Counted from the first letter of the whole stretch, positions 9,856 to 22,748 are shown. The stretch: 62,911 nt of DNA, filler included, from Licmophora abbreviata (GCA_900291995.1; 11 parts of 11 records of this genome joined end to end with filler, not necessarily neighbours in it); one strand, 5' to 3'. The notes: generated from the letters alone by a model not told the origin. Translations and numbers: made by a program.

Positions 9856-12325
9856 TTACGGGATTATTGTCATGGCAAGTTGCCCTCTGGATTCGTCAAT
9901 GCCTTCCAAACGAACTCGCACAGAATCGCCCTCGGCAATCGAAATAGAGGAAGTGTCGCCATCGATCTTTGCAACTCCCACAGGAAGTCCTTCCAACATG
10001 GGTTGGACATAGAACCAGTCTCCCGTCTTGGAGGTTGCCTTGACGACGCCCTCGCATTGGGTTCCTTCCAATTGCATGATTTTCTGGTACCCATCTTCCC
10101 CACCCATCTTGGCCACGAGTCGGGACAGCCTCTTCTCTGCCTCTGTTTCCCGTTTTATGTCTCTTGCTTTGCGGTCCTTGACTGAGGGATCTACTGTGAC
10201 CATGAAGCGCCCAGACTGTTTGAGAACTGATTTGACGTACACACTCAGTTCGTCGCCAACGTTGATGAAAGACGGAGAAAAGGAATCGTTCGTTTCTTTC
10301 AGTTGGACCTCTGGGTCATCTTCGCCCTCTTCTTCATCGTCCTCTTCGCTGTTGTCCCGACTTAATAGACTCCCAAGCTTTTCGAATCTCTCTTCAGGGC
10401 TTAGGCCATCGAAAATTTCGTTCTCATCTTCTGCCTCTTCTTCCTCGTCATCATGATCATGGTCGTGGTCAAGAATATTGGTGACGCCAGTATCCGGATC
10501 CGTGTAGACCATGTCTCCGTCTTCATTTATGGTCACGAGGTGAGTGATATCTTCGTCTCCTTCTTCAAATTCAAACTCGCCGTCATCGACTGAAGCCATA
10601 CTGACATCGTCTTCATCACCGCTATACAGATCGTCAAGCGTCGTGAGGTCGTCCTCATCGTCGTCCTCCCAATCGTCATCTTCATCGTCGTACATTGCCG
10701 ACTCAATGAGATCGGCTTCTTCCTCTGTCATGGTGCTACGATTCTCCAGCGTAAAAGAGGGCTCATCTTCCATTGTCAATTGAAGCAGATCGTCAAATCG
10801 AAGCATCCCCAACACCCGCGCTGTTCCTCCACCTTTGCTCTTGGCAACAGTTCGTCCCACGCCACAGTCAATAAAGGCAGCCCCAGAACGCGTAGAAATA
10901 TGCATCACTTTTCCCACCAGAGGACCTTCTCCAACCTTCATGTCTTCCAATCGAGTTTCAATCTCTTCCGGACGAATCCGATCCAATCGACGATCGGTCG
11001 CAAAGTGACGCCGGCTCGCCGCCTTCATTTTGAGACGATCTCTCACTTGTCCACGCGTCGGATGCAGAGACAAGGTCAACAGAGGAGACCCACCGTCTCC
11101 CAGAAGATCAAACGAAAAAACCACAGCCGTATGGATTGATCCATCTTTGACAATGCCACTGTCCAAATCACCCTGCGTCACTCGCATGGCTGCCGACAAT
11201 GGCAAGAACTCGTGCGGCGAACAATTTTTCTTGGAAGATGCCCCCTTTCTTCGCGACCNNNNNNNNNNNNNNNNNNNNNNNNNNNNNNNNNNNNNNNNNN
11301 NNTTAATTAATTAANNNNNNNNNNNNNNNNNNNNNNNNNNNNNNNNNNNNNNNNNNNNAATGGCAAGAACTCGTGCGGCGAACAGTTTTTCTTGGAAGAT
11401 GCCCCCTTTCTTCGCGACCGAACAATGCCCGTGTGTCCAATGCGCGAGGGGTCCTCCTCTGTTGCAGCATCGACAAACTGCAAGAGGCCCGCCTGCGCAG
11501 CCACACCATGAGCGCGGCGTCGCGACAAGGGTGCCATGAGCCAAAGGGGCCGATCGTCCGCCGAGCCTGTGCCGTGCTCCTCCTTGGGAGGCAACCACAC
11601 GCGAATGCCGTAATCCTGCTGGACCTGTCGGTTGAAGAGCTCCCGTACCAATGACCGTGCTGTTTCATGACCCAACGCCTTGGCATGTTTCTGCAGAAAT
11701 GATAAAGGTTGTAGAAGACGAGTGCGTGAGTATCCATCCACCATGGACGGTACATAAAATCTCAATCTCGTTCCGTCTAGACACAACTCACCGCCAGCGA
11801 GGTCCCCAGGTGATGCTTGTACAGTCGATTGATCTCTTCCATGGAAATCGCCATATCTCCAGTGCCAGGCATAAATCCAACGACATGTTCGGGTAATTCG
11901 GCCAGGGGCGTACCGAACTTTTGCAGCAGATAGACAATGTTCCTCCGAGTCATGCTCTTGCGATCCACATCCAAGACACTGCAGGGGACTAGCAGTGGCG
12001 AGCCCGATCGTCGTCGCTTCTTCCACGCCTTTCGAGCCAGTGTGACATCCCCGACTTGGATGCGTACCGTCGATCCAGGAGATAGCGCAGCGTACTCGTT
12101 GTGTTTGTTGTGGCTGCTGTCGTCGTCACTAGCAGTCTTCGATACGGAAAACTCGTCCTCGTGATGAGTGTCGACGGCGACATGACGAAAACTAGACGAG
12201 GATTCTCTGAAGGAAACGGGAGATAGATTTTGAACAGGCAAGACGAAGGATACTGCAGGTTGAATCCAGCATGCAAGCAGCAGCGACGACTGAAGTATCA
12301 TCCAGAGCGACGTGATGGGTGTCAT
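9856..12325 (-). CDS. Plastid-targeted protein with S1/OB-like domains and a long acidic tract; intron 11691-11791; spans gap 11259-11358
   Basis: AVS|FVL targeting; GTGAG...CTGCAG phase-0 intron; 61-bp overlap either side of the gap joins the ORFs; S1-like GKVMHISTRSGAAFIDCG and EGDSVRVRLEGIDESRGQL. Confidence 0.65.
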
Positions 12326-12731
12326 ATTTGACTTTCGGGATCTCTCGCTCAAATTTCCCCGTGTTTTCGAAGCTACGTCCGCGACAAGGACAATTTCAAT
12401 TGCAGAATAGACTGAAATGAAAGTTCTAAAGAGCGGAAACGACGAGGGAAAGGACCACAGCGACGAGAAAAACGACAATGCCAAGACAAGTAAGCGTCGC
12501 AGCCGATCAATTTGTTCTGTGCTGCAGATTGGCTGTGTGGTCTTTGGATGGCCAGGAACACTCACGACGACGGCCAGATCGAAAGGCGAACTCCAAAATA
12601 AACGCGAGGAACGTCCCACCGTCGCACGGGGAGATGATGTGAGAGTGATGAGTTCGACCATGACGAGAAAACTCACACACAACACCCCCAACACAGCCAA
12701 CCGTGACCTTCTCATACTCACACAAAACACC

Positions 12732-13448
12732 ATGTCTTGCCACCGATCTCTCGTCTACGGCTTCCTCCTGATCGCCTGCCTGCTTGTCTCGTCGGCAACA
12801 GGTTTTGCAGTGTCAAAACCATCCGAAGCCTTCGGAAGACACCCCGAATCATCACGAAGAACGGCACCCCGGCGCCGGTCTTCACTGGACGCTATTACTG
12901 CCGCTACAACGGCCACAGAACAACGAGACGCATTGGTTCAAGAGTTACTGCGCGTCGCGCGGCAGGTAGGACAAGTGGGTGCTGATGCATCCGAAGAAGA
13001 GCAAGAAAAGGTCCGCACACTGGCCGAACAACTCGCACCCGTATCCGACTCCAAGCCCGCGCGCATCCCACTGTCGGGAGTGCACCAGCTCGTCTACAGT
13101 GCCAGCAAGGGGGGCTCGTCCGGGAAGATTGGACCTCTGGTCGGAAAAGTGACTCAGACCTTTGCAGCAGAGGATGGGGTCTTTTACAACAAGGTCGATA
13201 TTGGACCGTTGCAAGTTTCGTTGCGGGCCGAATGTAAGATCCAAAGTGATCACGCGTGCAAAGTTATCTTCAAGGAAACGACGTTCTCCTTGTTTGGACA
13301 GACACTATCACAAAAGGAAGTTTCGGGAGGTGGAGTTTGGGACTATCTCTTTGTCGGAGAGATTGCAGAGGCCGATGGCACCAAGAAACTCGTCCGTGTC
13401 ATGAATACGCCCAGTCTCTTTGTCATCGAACAGCCACTCACACAATAA
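12732..13448 (+). CDS. PAP/fibrillin-like plastid lipid-associated protein
   Basis: ATG|FAV targeting; GADASEEEQEKVRTLAEQL...LSGVHQLVYS...GKVTQTF...GVWDYLF. Confidence 0.75.
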   Translation: MSCHRSLVYGFLLIACLLVSSATGFAVSKPSEAFGRHPESSRRTAPRRRSSLDAITAATTATEQRDALVQELLRVARQVGQVGADASEEEQEKVRTLAEQLAPVSDSKPARIPLSGVHQLVYSASKGGSSGKIGPLVGKVTQTFAAEDGVFYNKVDIGPLQVSLRAECKIQSDHACKVIFKETTFSLFGQTLSQKEVSGGGVWDYLFVGEIAEADGTKKLVRVMNTPSLFVIEQPLTQ

Positions 13449-13590
13449 GAGGGAAACTAATAAGTACCAATACAATATGTACTCTAAAGAGACACGTGCT
13501 TGATGGAAGAAAAAGAGGGAGCGGACTATTACCAAGCTAAATTTCACATGTACACGTAGCCTCTGCTCGACCCCTTTTTCAAAGGCGCAG

Positions 13591-15863
13591 CTACACACCC
13601 CCATCATCTGGCTCATCCTCAACAGGCGATAGAGTCAATTCAGAATCGTTCAGGGCGTCAATGGGCACTCCTTCTGAGTATCGACTCGCGTCGTCGTCGT
13701 CGTCACCATCCCCTTCTCCATTACGAGAACGAATCACATAAAAGGCAATGACCCCCACAAGAGCCGATCCACCCACCGTGCCCAGAATGATCCACATTGC
13801 ATTTCCGCCTCCACTTCCTTTGCCGGCTCCCCCGTTTGGTGGGATTTCCTCACCACGCGCTGGTTCAGATCCGGGCGCTGCCGTTGGTTGTAGTCCGCTT
13901 TGGATGCCGTCGCCCCCTGAGCCGACGACCACAAACTCAACTTGAAACTGGCTCAGTAATGTCTCTTCGCCTTCCTCCTCCAGCATCCGACTACCGCTTT
14001 CTCTCCCAACTCGAACAACGCCCTTTACAGTCACCAACTGGTCAGAAACAAACGAGTCCGGTGCCACCGTGATGACAATCCACGAACGTGAGGTAGTTCG
14101 AAACAAGCTGGATCCAGTAGAAACATCACCCGTATTCTCAACCACAGTCTTGCCGTGCAGGCCTTGAGTCAAAGACATGTCCACAAGCTCCACGAGACGT
14201 GCACCACCTTCAATTGTCAAGCACACACCGAATCGGGAATCAGCCTCTGCAGTAGCATTCAGCAGACACTGGGACTCAAGGCTGCAGATACATGCACCAA
14301 TAGTGTCATTGATAGGAGCCAGAGACGGGGTCATGGATGGAGACCGACTAGGCCCCACAGAAGGCAAGCTACTCGGAGAGGATGACGGCGAGAAACTTGG
14401 GATCCAACTGGGACTAGCTGATGGGAACAAAGTAAGAGCCTCACTTGGAGTACTGGAGGGGGCACTGCTGGGAATGTCGCTTGGCCGGACCGTGGGCTTC
14501 GCAGTCGGATAATCCGTAGGAGCCCTCGTGGTCGGCGAGATGGTGGGAGGTACAGAAGGCGACAGCGTTGGGACTGGAGTTGGCTCGCGACTGGGACGGT
14601 CAGTCGGAGAAGGAGTCGGAAGTAACGTCGGACTACGTGTAGGCTGACGAGTCGGATCGGGCGTAGGCACCGGAGTCGGCTGATGCGTTGGACTGAAATA
14701 TGGTGTCACCGAAGGACCCTTGGTCGGAGTCAGCGAAGGGCTCTTCGTTGGAATAGATGAAGGTATCTTGCTCTGGGTGAACGACGGCGCGCTGCTTGGA
14801 CCCCGTGCAGGCAAAGAAGGAGAGGAACTTTCAGCCGTTGGCGGAGTGGAGGTGCTTGGGGTAATGCTCGGACTGTGACTACTCGGCTGGAGCGTCGGGG
14901 TCGCACTAGGCACGATGCTCTCCGTAGGCAGTACTGTAGGAGCCCCAGTCGCGGATGGCGAGACGCTCGGCGCCGAGGTGTAGGTCGGCCAGGCTGACGG
15001 AAATTCGCTCAGCGAAGGAGCGGTACTTGGTAGACTACTCGAAGATGGTACCGGGCTTGGTACAACACCCNNNNNNNNNNNNNNNNNNNNNNNNNNNNNN
15101 NNNNNNNNNNNNNNTTAATTAATTAANNNNNNNNNNNNNNNNNNNNNNNNNNNNNNNNNNNNNNNNNNNNGAAAGTCGGTGGTTCAAACCAGATACAGCG
15201 GCGGGTCCCGAAGAAGTGAAACTGATCGCAGGTGGATTCATTCATCACCGAAGGGCACAAAGGATCCACGTCACCAGCTTCCAAAGCATCTGAGGTGCAG
15301 AAACCACGGGTATCCCAGCGGCACTCGATCGCTGTATTGAAGAAAGATTCAGAGCAGTCGCTTTCTGTGGCGACCACAGGGTCCCCACAGAAATGGAGAG
15401 GAGGTGTCCACGGATCAGACTCGTCGGGAAAGCCGCAGTACGCAGACGGAACGTTTGGCTCATACCAGATGCATCTCCGCGAGCCGAAGAACTGCAGAGC
15501 TTCACAATAAGGCTTATTCGCAGCAAACGGACACAAAAAGTCGAGATCACCAGCGTCGAAAGCGTCCGAAGTACAGTAGCCACGAGCATCCCAGCGACAA
15601 TGTGTAACCGTGTCGTAGAACTCATCAAGGCAGTCCACCTCGGCGAAAGCCATCCCTCCGCAAACCTGAAGAGGTGGCGACCAAGGTTCAGGAGTATCCG
15701 GATATCCACAGTACCCATCAGACGAGAGATGCCTGAAGACCGGGTCTTTCACATGTTCAGAAACCGCCGCATGGCTTCGCCGCGGATTCTGCCCCGCTGC
15801 GTGCAACGCCTCGATGCCGTTTACGAGAAAAGAAACCACCATCACTATCATTGTAAGCAGCAT
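13591..15863 (-). CDS. Type I membrane mucin-like surface protein: signal peptide, two 8-Cys repeats, Pro/Ser/Thr (PT) stalk, TM helix, acidic tail; spans gap 15071-15170
   Basis: Hydrophobic N-terminus; repeats at 15713 and 15440; PTxxPT repeats on both sides of the gap; TM WIILGTVGGSALVGVIAFYVI. The join across the gap is inferred. Confidence 0.7.
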
Positions 15864-16356
15864 TTCTGCGAATCGCAGACTTCTGGATCGATGAATGATG
15901 CGAAGCGAATCCGTCGTCATGTTCGTCGAGACGTCAAGCGACCGTGAGCGTCCACGCCAAAACGAGAACACTCCTCAATGGCTGAGATCTGGTAAACCGA
16001 AACCTGAGCGTGGGAGATCGAATGTGTTTGTCGAACTTTCTCCCTTTCTCAACGACAACTGAGATACAAGGAATTCCACCAATCAGGTCAGCGTCGTCTA
16101 TCAAGAGATCGCTTCTCTCGTTATGATCAAGAGAAAAAGTGGGCAGGATCGGGAGCACGTGAAGTCGTCCGGCGCGTCCAAGTACTCTTTCTACGTAGGT
16201 TTTATGTACAATGCAAACGGCCGAAACGCGGACGCCATACAGACCCCGGAACCGCACATTCTGAACGCGTCGCCATTTGATGGAGAATGCACCCTCTTGT
16301 CGATGTACACATTGATCGACTGAGAGGCGACAGCTTATCCCGATATTGTCACAGCC

Positions 16357-18830
16357 TCAGAGAGCAACAACCTCACAATCGTTTTCTGCAAGAGCAGCTC
16401 GAGCGGTGTGCACGAGCGACCGCGCCACTGCACTCCCTGGAATCTTTCGAGCATCGCTGTCTTTCACAGCCCGAGTCGCATCAAGCGTTCCGGCGACCGA
16501 CCCCAACTTTGCGCTCCCAGGAAGCTTTCGCAAGTCTCTATCTCTCACGGCGTGGAGCACCTCGCCGGAGAAACGACACAGTCTCTGGAATCCTGGAACC
16601 TTTGGAATGCCAGGTTCACTCAAGACACCACGGAGGTCGCGGACAGCACGGGCACCAGGAAGCAGCACGTTCTCTTTGACAACACGAACAGCTGGGCCCA
16701 GTTTCGCGTTTGTGTTGACCAGGAAGAGCCCCGCACTTCTTTCAAGTCTTTCTGCCATCGTGGATCGCTCGGAGCGTACAATATCAGTTGTCGCTGCTTC
16801 GATTGACGCGCTCGACGTCTCAGGGGAGGAACTTTTGGTTTTCGATTCGACTGAAGGCATAATTTTCTCAGAGGTCTTCGCCTTAGCCTGTGTAGCACCC
16901 TCATTAGTGGTCAACCGCACCGCAAGATCCTGTTTCCCGTGAAAGGATTGCTTTGATTGACTTTGGCCAGTAGTCTCCGGACGCTTGACCGAAGTCTGCT
17001 TTGGAGGAGTTGTACCGCGTTTGTCCTTCGCCACCATACTACGCTGACTCAGTTTTACGTCCGACTGTGGAGGTCCTCCAACTGCGACAGTGGCGCGATA
17101 CTGCATGACAACAACACATGATAGAGCAACCAGTCCCAAAGCAACGCCGCTATACACCATCAGCTTTCTTCGCTTCTTGCGACGCTCCTCTTCTTCATCG
17201 TCCGCACGACCGATTCCTGAGGCAATGACTGCGAGAGTCTTTTTCTTCTCTTCCAGGTACCTGTCCAGCTCATCTTGCTCCTTTTTTCCGGCTTCATTCT
17301 TGGAACGGTTGCGACGGTCTCTTCGATTCGTGGCCTTAAGACCCCGGCTTTCGCGGGCACGCTGCTTTAGAACCCAATCGGCGGGAGTCGTCGAGGCGAG
17401 ACTCCAACTAGGAGGAGGCTTCAAAAGAGCAATAGAGTTGCACTGTGCGAGCATCGGTCGAATGGACTCTTCAGCAAAGTAGCGCTTCGACAGACTCAAG
17501 AGCTTTCGAGGCGGAACCCGGCGCCTGTGTTACATTCAGCAAAGTATAGAACCAGTCAATATTCCCACCCTGTGTATCTGCAGCGCTCACACATTCACAG
17601 GCCTTATGCCGCTACTTACATGTACGACAATGCCAAGTCAATAATTTCTTGAAAGGGTACCCGTGGACTGTCACCATGCTGCGACAAGCTCAACAGACTC
17701 GCGGATCCTTGACTTGCACTCTCTTCACCAAAGTAGTGACCCTCCAAGACTTCATCCGAAGTGATGCTCCGCCCGTCCATCTCAGTAGTACTGATGGAAG
17801 CATCGTCTTCGCCTGCATCTCCCGACATGGAACCGTCCACTTCAACAGGGTGATAGCTCCACCCCACCACGCTTGAGTTCTTAGGCAGTCCCACCAAGGT
17901 CTGATGCACACTGGCAAAGTCGCAGTCCGTCTGCAAGACGTCCATGCGATTGACAGGGTGCACCACCATGGCAACGCTCATGTATATAATAAACAACGGA
18001 TGACTCACAAGCAGCGCATCAAACAGTCGCTTTACGAGATTGGTGTCCCTCACATCATGCGCAAACCACGTAATGACCCAGGAGAGCGCAAAGAAGGGTT
18101 CCATATCACAGTCGTACAAGTGATCGTGCACTTGCGGGTCGACCGCGCAAATGAGCGGAAATAAAATCAACCGCAGCGCCACTTGGAGCTCATGAAAATT
18201 ACTGCGCATGGCATCTCGCAAGTGCGAGCGAGACACTTGCAACAAGACGCGACTCGGCAAGTCAAGTCCCATACTCGCCGCCAGCGCCTGTTCTGGAGAT
18301 AATGGCATAGGTCCACTGCCTCCGCCTCCCAGGGTATGTAAGAATATAGACGCCACATCGTGATAGCCTTGATAGTACCTAAGATCCCCGTTGGTTTCGA
18401 GCAGAGTCAGATTGATGAGATTCCCAAGACGCTTCTGCTTCTTCTTGAGCAAGGCGTGGACTTTATGCCGATGCTTGTTTTCCATTTGCAAACGACGCGA
18501 CCGCTGCGATCCCGTCAGCAGATGCCATGTACAACGCGCCACGTCGCGCTCAATCTGCTCTGCATCGACGCAGTATGGGACTTGCTGGTAGGTGAGCTGC
18601 TTGTGGGTCGCATGCTGCTCAGCAGCGCTCTTGCTGCGTGTGTTCGGGGCATTATCCATCACAACGCCAGAAGCAGTATCGTCCCGGTCATTGTGAAGTC
18701 CCACGAGTTTGGGCCACGCGCGTTTGCGGAGGGTATCTGTGGGGCCGGGGAAGCAAAAAGTAGCAATGCTCATAGTGTGAGGTTGGCTCTTCGAAGCCGC
18801 GGCGTGAAATTCGGTAGCAAAACGTACCAT
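16357..18830 (-). CDS. TBC1D20/Gyp8-like Rab GTPase-activating protein; intron 17525-17619
   Basis: LRKRAWPKLVG, QIERDVAR, YYQGYHD, FALSWVITWFAHD; exon 2 continues RRVPPRKLL and has a TM helix. Confidence 0.88.
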
Positions 18831-19515
18831 TGACGAGTCCGCCTTCGGTCAAAGAGAGCTCTCGTAGTCTTAAACCGCAAAGAAAGAGTAGAAACGAGGC
18901 AAAGTTTAGTTCCAGCCTAGTACGCACGAGTCCAGAACAGAATTTAGAGCATGTCACGCATCTCACCTCCAAAGATCGACATCCGGTTCCGATAGCACCA
19001 AATTAATCTCTTTCGCCTTGGCATCCAGATCCTCCTTACTCATGGTGCTACTAATGGGATGCGAAAGAGGAGTGGATGACGCCAAGCTGAACATGATTTG
19101 ACCTTCTTCACAGAGCCAACTGCACACAGTTTGCTTTCGTGTGTCATGGTCTCACGAGATTGAGGCTATTCGCGCCGGCCTGCCTGTCTACAGACACATC
19201 ATTCAAATGGGGTTCGCACATGACATCATTGTGCAGAATGGAAACGTGGAATGGAAACAGACTGTACTTCAGATTCCCGATTCCATTACCAGTTACCGCG
19301 TACTAACACGTTGTGCGGTCAGAAATGGACGATTTTGCTCTTTCGAATGGACAGCGATGGCGCTCATAATCTGCTGTGCCCCCGGTAGAGTGAGTTGGAT
19401 TGTGCACCATGGCGGCGAAAGGAACCGAAACTGCACCTGACAAAGCACTCACAGTATTCTTCTTCTATCCTCGTTTCGTACAGTTAGTGTTTTAAAAGTT
19501 TGATTGAGTAGAAAA

Positions 19516-20310
19516 ATGTCTTCCGAAGGTGGAGGTCGTGGTGGCTTTGGCCGTGGTCGAGGCGGTCGCGGTGGTGGTCGCGGAGGCCGTGGTGGACGCG
19601 GTGGTCGCGGCCGAGGAGGTCGTGGCGGACGGGACGACGAGAATGTCTGGGTCCCTGTCACCAAACTTGGTCGTCTTGTCAAGGAAGGCAAGATTGGAAG
19701 CATCGAAGAGATCTTTCTCTACTCCCTCCCCGTCAAGGAGGCTGAGATTATTGATTTCTTCCTCAAGGACAAGCTGCAGGACGAAGTCATGAAGATCATG
19801 CCCGTCCAGAAGCAGTCTTCGGCTGGTCAGCGTACTCGTTTTAAGGCATTCGTGGCAGTCGGCGACTCGGCGGGACACATTGGTCTTGGCGTCAAGTGCA
19901 GTGCCGAAGTCGCCACCGCCATTCGCGGTGCCATCACGTCGGCCAAGCTGAATGTCGCTCCCGTCCGTCGCGGATACTGGGGACGTGTCTCCGGCATGCC
20001 GCACACGGTCCCTTGCAAAGTGACTGGCAAGTGTGGATCCGTCCGCGTCCGTCTCATCCCGGCTCCTCGTGGTACTGGATTGGTCTCCTCCCCGGCCGGC
20101 AAGAAGCTCTTGCACATGGCTGGTGTGGACGACTGCTACACCAGTTCGCAGGGACACACCCGTACGATGGGTAACTTCATCAAGGCGATCTTTTACGCCC
20201 TTCGTGCCACGTACGGATACCTGAGTCCTGAACTCTGGAAGGAGAACGCACTCACGCCGAGTCCTTACCAGGAACACACGGACTTTTTGTCCAAGAAGCA
20301 GTTGGCTTAG
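19516..20310 (+). CDS. RPS2: 40S ribosomal protein S2 (uS5)
   Basis: RGG-rich N-terminus; [36 protein letters not shown]. Confidence 0.98.
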   Translation: MSSEGGGRGGFGRGRGGRGGGRGGRGGRGGRGRGGRGGRDDENVWVPVTKLGRLVKEGKIGSIEEIFLYSLPVKEAEIIDFFLKDKLQDEVMKIMPVQKQSSAGQRTRFKAFVAVGDSAGHIGLGVKCSAEVATAIRGAITSAKLNVAPVRRGYWGRVSGMPHTVPCKVTGKCGSVRVRLIPAPRGTGLVSSPAGKKLLHMAGVDDCYTSSQGHTRTMGNFIKAIFYALRATYGYLSPELWKENALTPSPYQEHTDFLSKKQLA

Positions 20311-20954
20311 AAATATACTATTATCTATCGAAGCTTGGCTCAACAGAAGTAACAAGATGTGATGATACAGCAATTATCAAGGTGTCATGGAATGATGAAT
20401 GTCTTGACCGGGAGAAGCATGGGGCATGCGGAGTGAGTACTAACTCTACGATTGAGTGTGCCATCGTCTTTGGGGTTTAAAAAACGTGTAGGTGACGACT
20501 CACACAGCATTTTTTCTCTCTCTCTTGATGCAGGTTGCGTAGGTGACCGCTTCCAACTAAGATAAATTCCATGATGTTGTCGTGAAAGCTGTTTCGTATG
20601 TTATCGTGTGAGTGTAGAAAGTAGCATGCTCGTGTGATGAAGCGTCATCGTCGTAGGCCCCTACTCGTGAGCTACCGGCACACGGTACTATACACAGCCA
20701 CGCAAACGCACTTACTTCCCCCATCAGCGTACAAAACCGTTCACGTCGTCCCAAGCCACACACCGCCTCCGTGTGTTGCGGTAACATAAAGAAGCGAATC
20801 AGCATGATGAGCCGCTCACNNNNNNNNNNNNNNNNNNNNNNNNNNNNNNNNNNNNNNNNNNNNTTAATTAATTAANNNNNNNNNNNNNNNNNNNNNNNNN
20901 NNNNNNNNNNNNNNNNNNNCCGTGTGTTGCGGTAACATAAAGAAGCAAATCAGC

Positions 20955-22748
20955 ATGATGAGCCGCTCACGTATCCATACGTTCCTGGCAACGAAGAATG
21001 TTATCCAGCAGTCTTGGAATGGGCGTCCATCATTACTGCTGTTGCAACAACAGCATCATCACTTGCTAAAACGAAGCCGACTGAAGATGGAGCTCAGTAG
21101 TAGATCGCCGACGAACAGAATGCTGTCGGCATCAGCGACGACGACGACGACAACAACGACAACAACAGGAGAGGACATGCCAAGCTCGGCCTCGACGAAT
21201 TCAAAGGAAAAGACCAACTACTCGGACGCTGCGGCTACCTCTAGCTCATCGTCAAAAAATCGTTCGGATGACGACCAGAGATTGACCGACGCAGCAGAGG
21301 AGGCCGAGAGGCGATTGCAACAGATGGAAGAGCTGCACAGCGATGGATCTCTACACCTGAAACTGGAACACTATGTTTCTACTATTAGAGCCTTTGCCAC
21401 CGAGGGGAAGCCCCACCAGGCAGATGCCGTGTACCGACGGCTCCGAGAAGCCTTTGAGAAGGATCCGTCGTTCCGACCCACCGGCAGGCTCTTTGCTCAC
21501 TTGTTGACTGCGTGGGTGAACAGCGGCGACCCACAGGGTGGGACAAGAGCTGAAGCGATATTAAAAGAGATGGAAGAGCTGGTTGAACAGACGGGAGACA
21601 CCGAGATGCGGGCCAATACGACTCATTGCAACATGGCCTTGAACGCATGGGCAAAGAGCGGACAAAGCGACGCCCGGTCGCGAGCGGAAGCGTTACTGAA
21701 GCGAATGGAGAACTCCAGCGACATCCTTCCCGACAAAGTATCCTACTGTACTGTGCTTCACTGTCTGGTGCGATCGAAAAAGCGCGGGTCGACAGGGCGG
21801 GCAGAAGCTATGCTAGATCGAATGCAGACTGCAGCAGAACGGACAGGGAATATCGATATTCTCCCAGGAACCATCGATTTTAACATGGTCTTGAATCGGT
21901 TGGCCAACAGTGGGCAACCCGATGCCCCCGAACGAGCTCACGCCCTTGTGAACAGGATGAGCGAACTTTCATCGTCCGGCTTTGGCGAATCGAAACCCAC
22001 CATCGTCTCCTACACAATTGTGCTCAATTGCATTTCGAAATCCAGTGCGAAGGAGTCAGCGAATCGTGCCTTGGCTGTTCTCGAAGGTATGTGGCAATCG
22101 AATGATGAGTCTATCAGACCAAATACGTGGTGCTGTAATGTGGCACTGAAGCTCTTGGCGAAGGAGGCCGACCCGAAGAGAGCTGAAGAGATGCTTAACT
22201 TCATGACGGAGGCATACAAAAACGGAAACGACACGATCAAGCCAGACATTGCATCCTATACATCGGTAATATCAGCATGGGCAAGAAGCGACGATCCACT
22301 TGCTCTTGCTCAAACCGAGACGATCTTTAAACGACTGGATGAGCTCGGGGCGGCGGGAGACCTTGCCATGCGACCCAACGTGGTGGCGTTTAATGCTATT
22401 ATTGGGGCCTTTACAAGAAAGAGACGAAACAACGCTGGCGCTCGTGCGGAACGGTATTTCAATGAACTGAAAGCACGGTATGCTGCGGGGCAAGAGAACT
22501 GCAAACCCAATACATTTGTCTACAATTCTGTCATTCTCAGCTGGGCTGTAAGTGGCCAAATCAACAAGAAAGGCGTGCATGCGCTTGCACTGCTAGATGA
22601 AATGAAGAATGCGCGTGACCCTGATGTGCACCCTGATTGGCTGACTTACAAGGCTGTGAAAAAGGCGCTTCGAATGAGCAAGCATCCCGATAAGGAAAAT
22701 ATGTTTCAGCGTTTGAACGATGAAGTGAAGCAGCTGAGTTACCGATAA
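20955..22748 (+). CDS. Pentatricopeptide-repeat protein, organelle-targeted
   Basis: Repeated PDxxSY/NxxLxAW units (PDKVSYCTVL, PDIASYTSVISAW, PNTFVYNSVILSW). Confidence 0.9.
   Translation: MMSRSRIHTFLATKNVIQQSWNGRPSLLLLQQQHHHLLKRSRLKMELSSRSPTNRMLSASATTTTTTTTTTGEDMPSSASTNSKEKTNYSDAAATSSSSSKNRSDDDQRLTDAAEEAERRLQQMEELHSDGSLHLKLEHYVSTIRAFATEGKPHQADAVYRRLREAFEKDPSFRPTGRLFAHLLTAWVNSGDPQGGTRAEAILKEMEELVEQTGDTEMRANTTHCNMALNAWAKSGQSDARSRAEALLKRMENSSDILPDKVSYCTVLHCLVRSKKRGSTGRAEAMLDRMQTAAERTGNIDILPGTIDFNMVLNRLANSGQPDAPERAHALVNRMSELSSSGFGESKPTIVSYTIVLNCISKSSAKESANRALAVLEGMWQSNDESIRPNTWCCNVALKLLAKEADPKRAEEMLNFMTEAYKNGNDTIKPDIASYTSVISAWARSDDPLALAQTETIFKRLDELGAAGDLAMRPNVVAFNAIIGAFTRKRRNNAGARAERYFNELKARYAAGQENCKPNTFVYNSVILSWAVSGQINKKGVHALALLDEMKNARDPDVHPDWLTYKAVKKALRMSKHPDKENMFQRLNDEVKQLSYR

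Noticed and set aside
19492..20373. Long antisense ORFs (here and at 27639-28697, 58310-59440, 6441-7157)
   Set aside because: They are shadows of well-supported genes on the opposite strand and have no recognisable motifs
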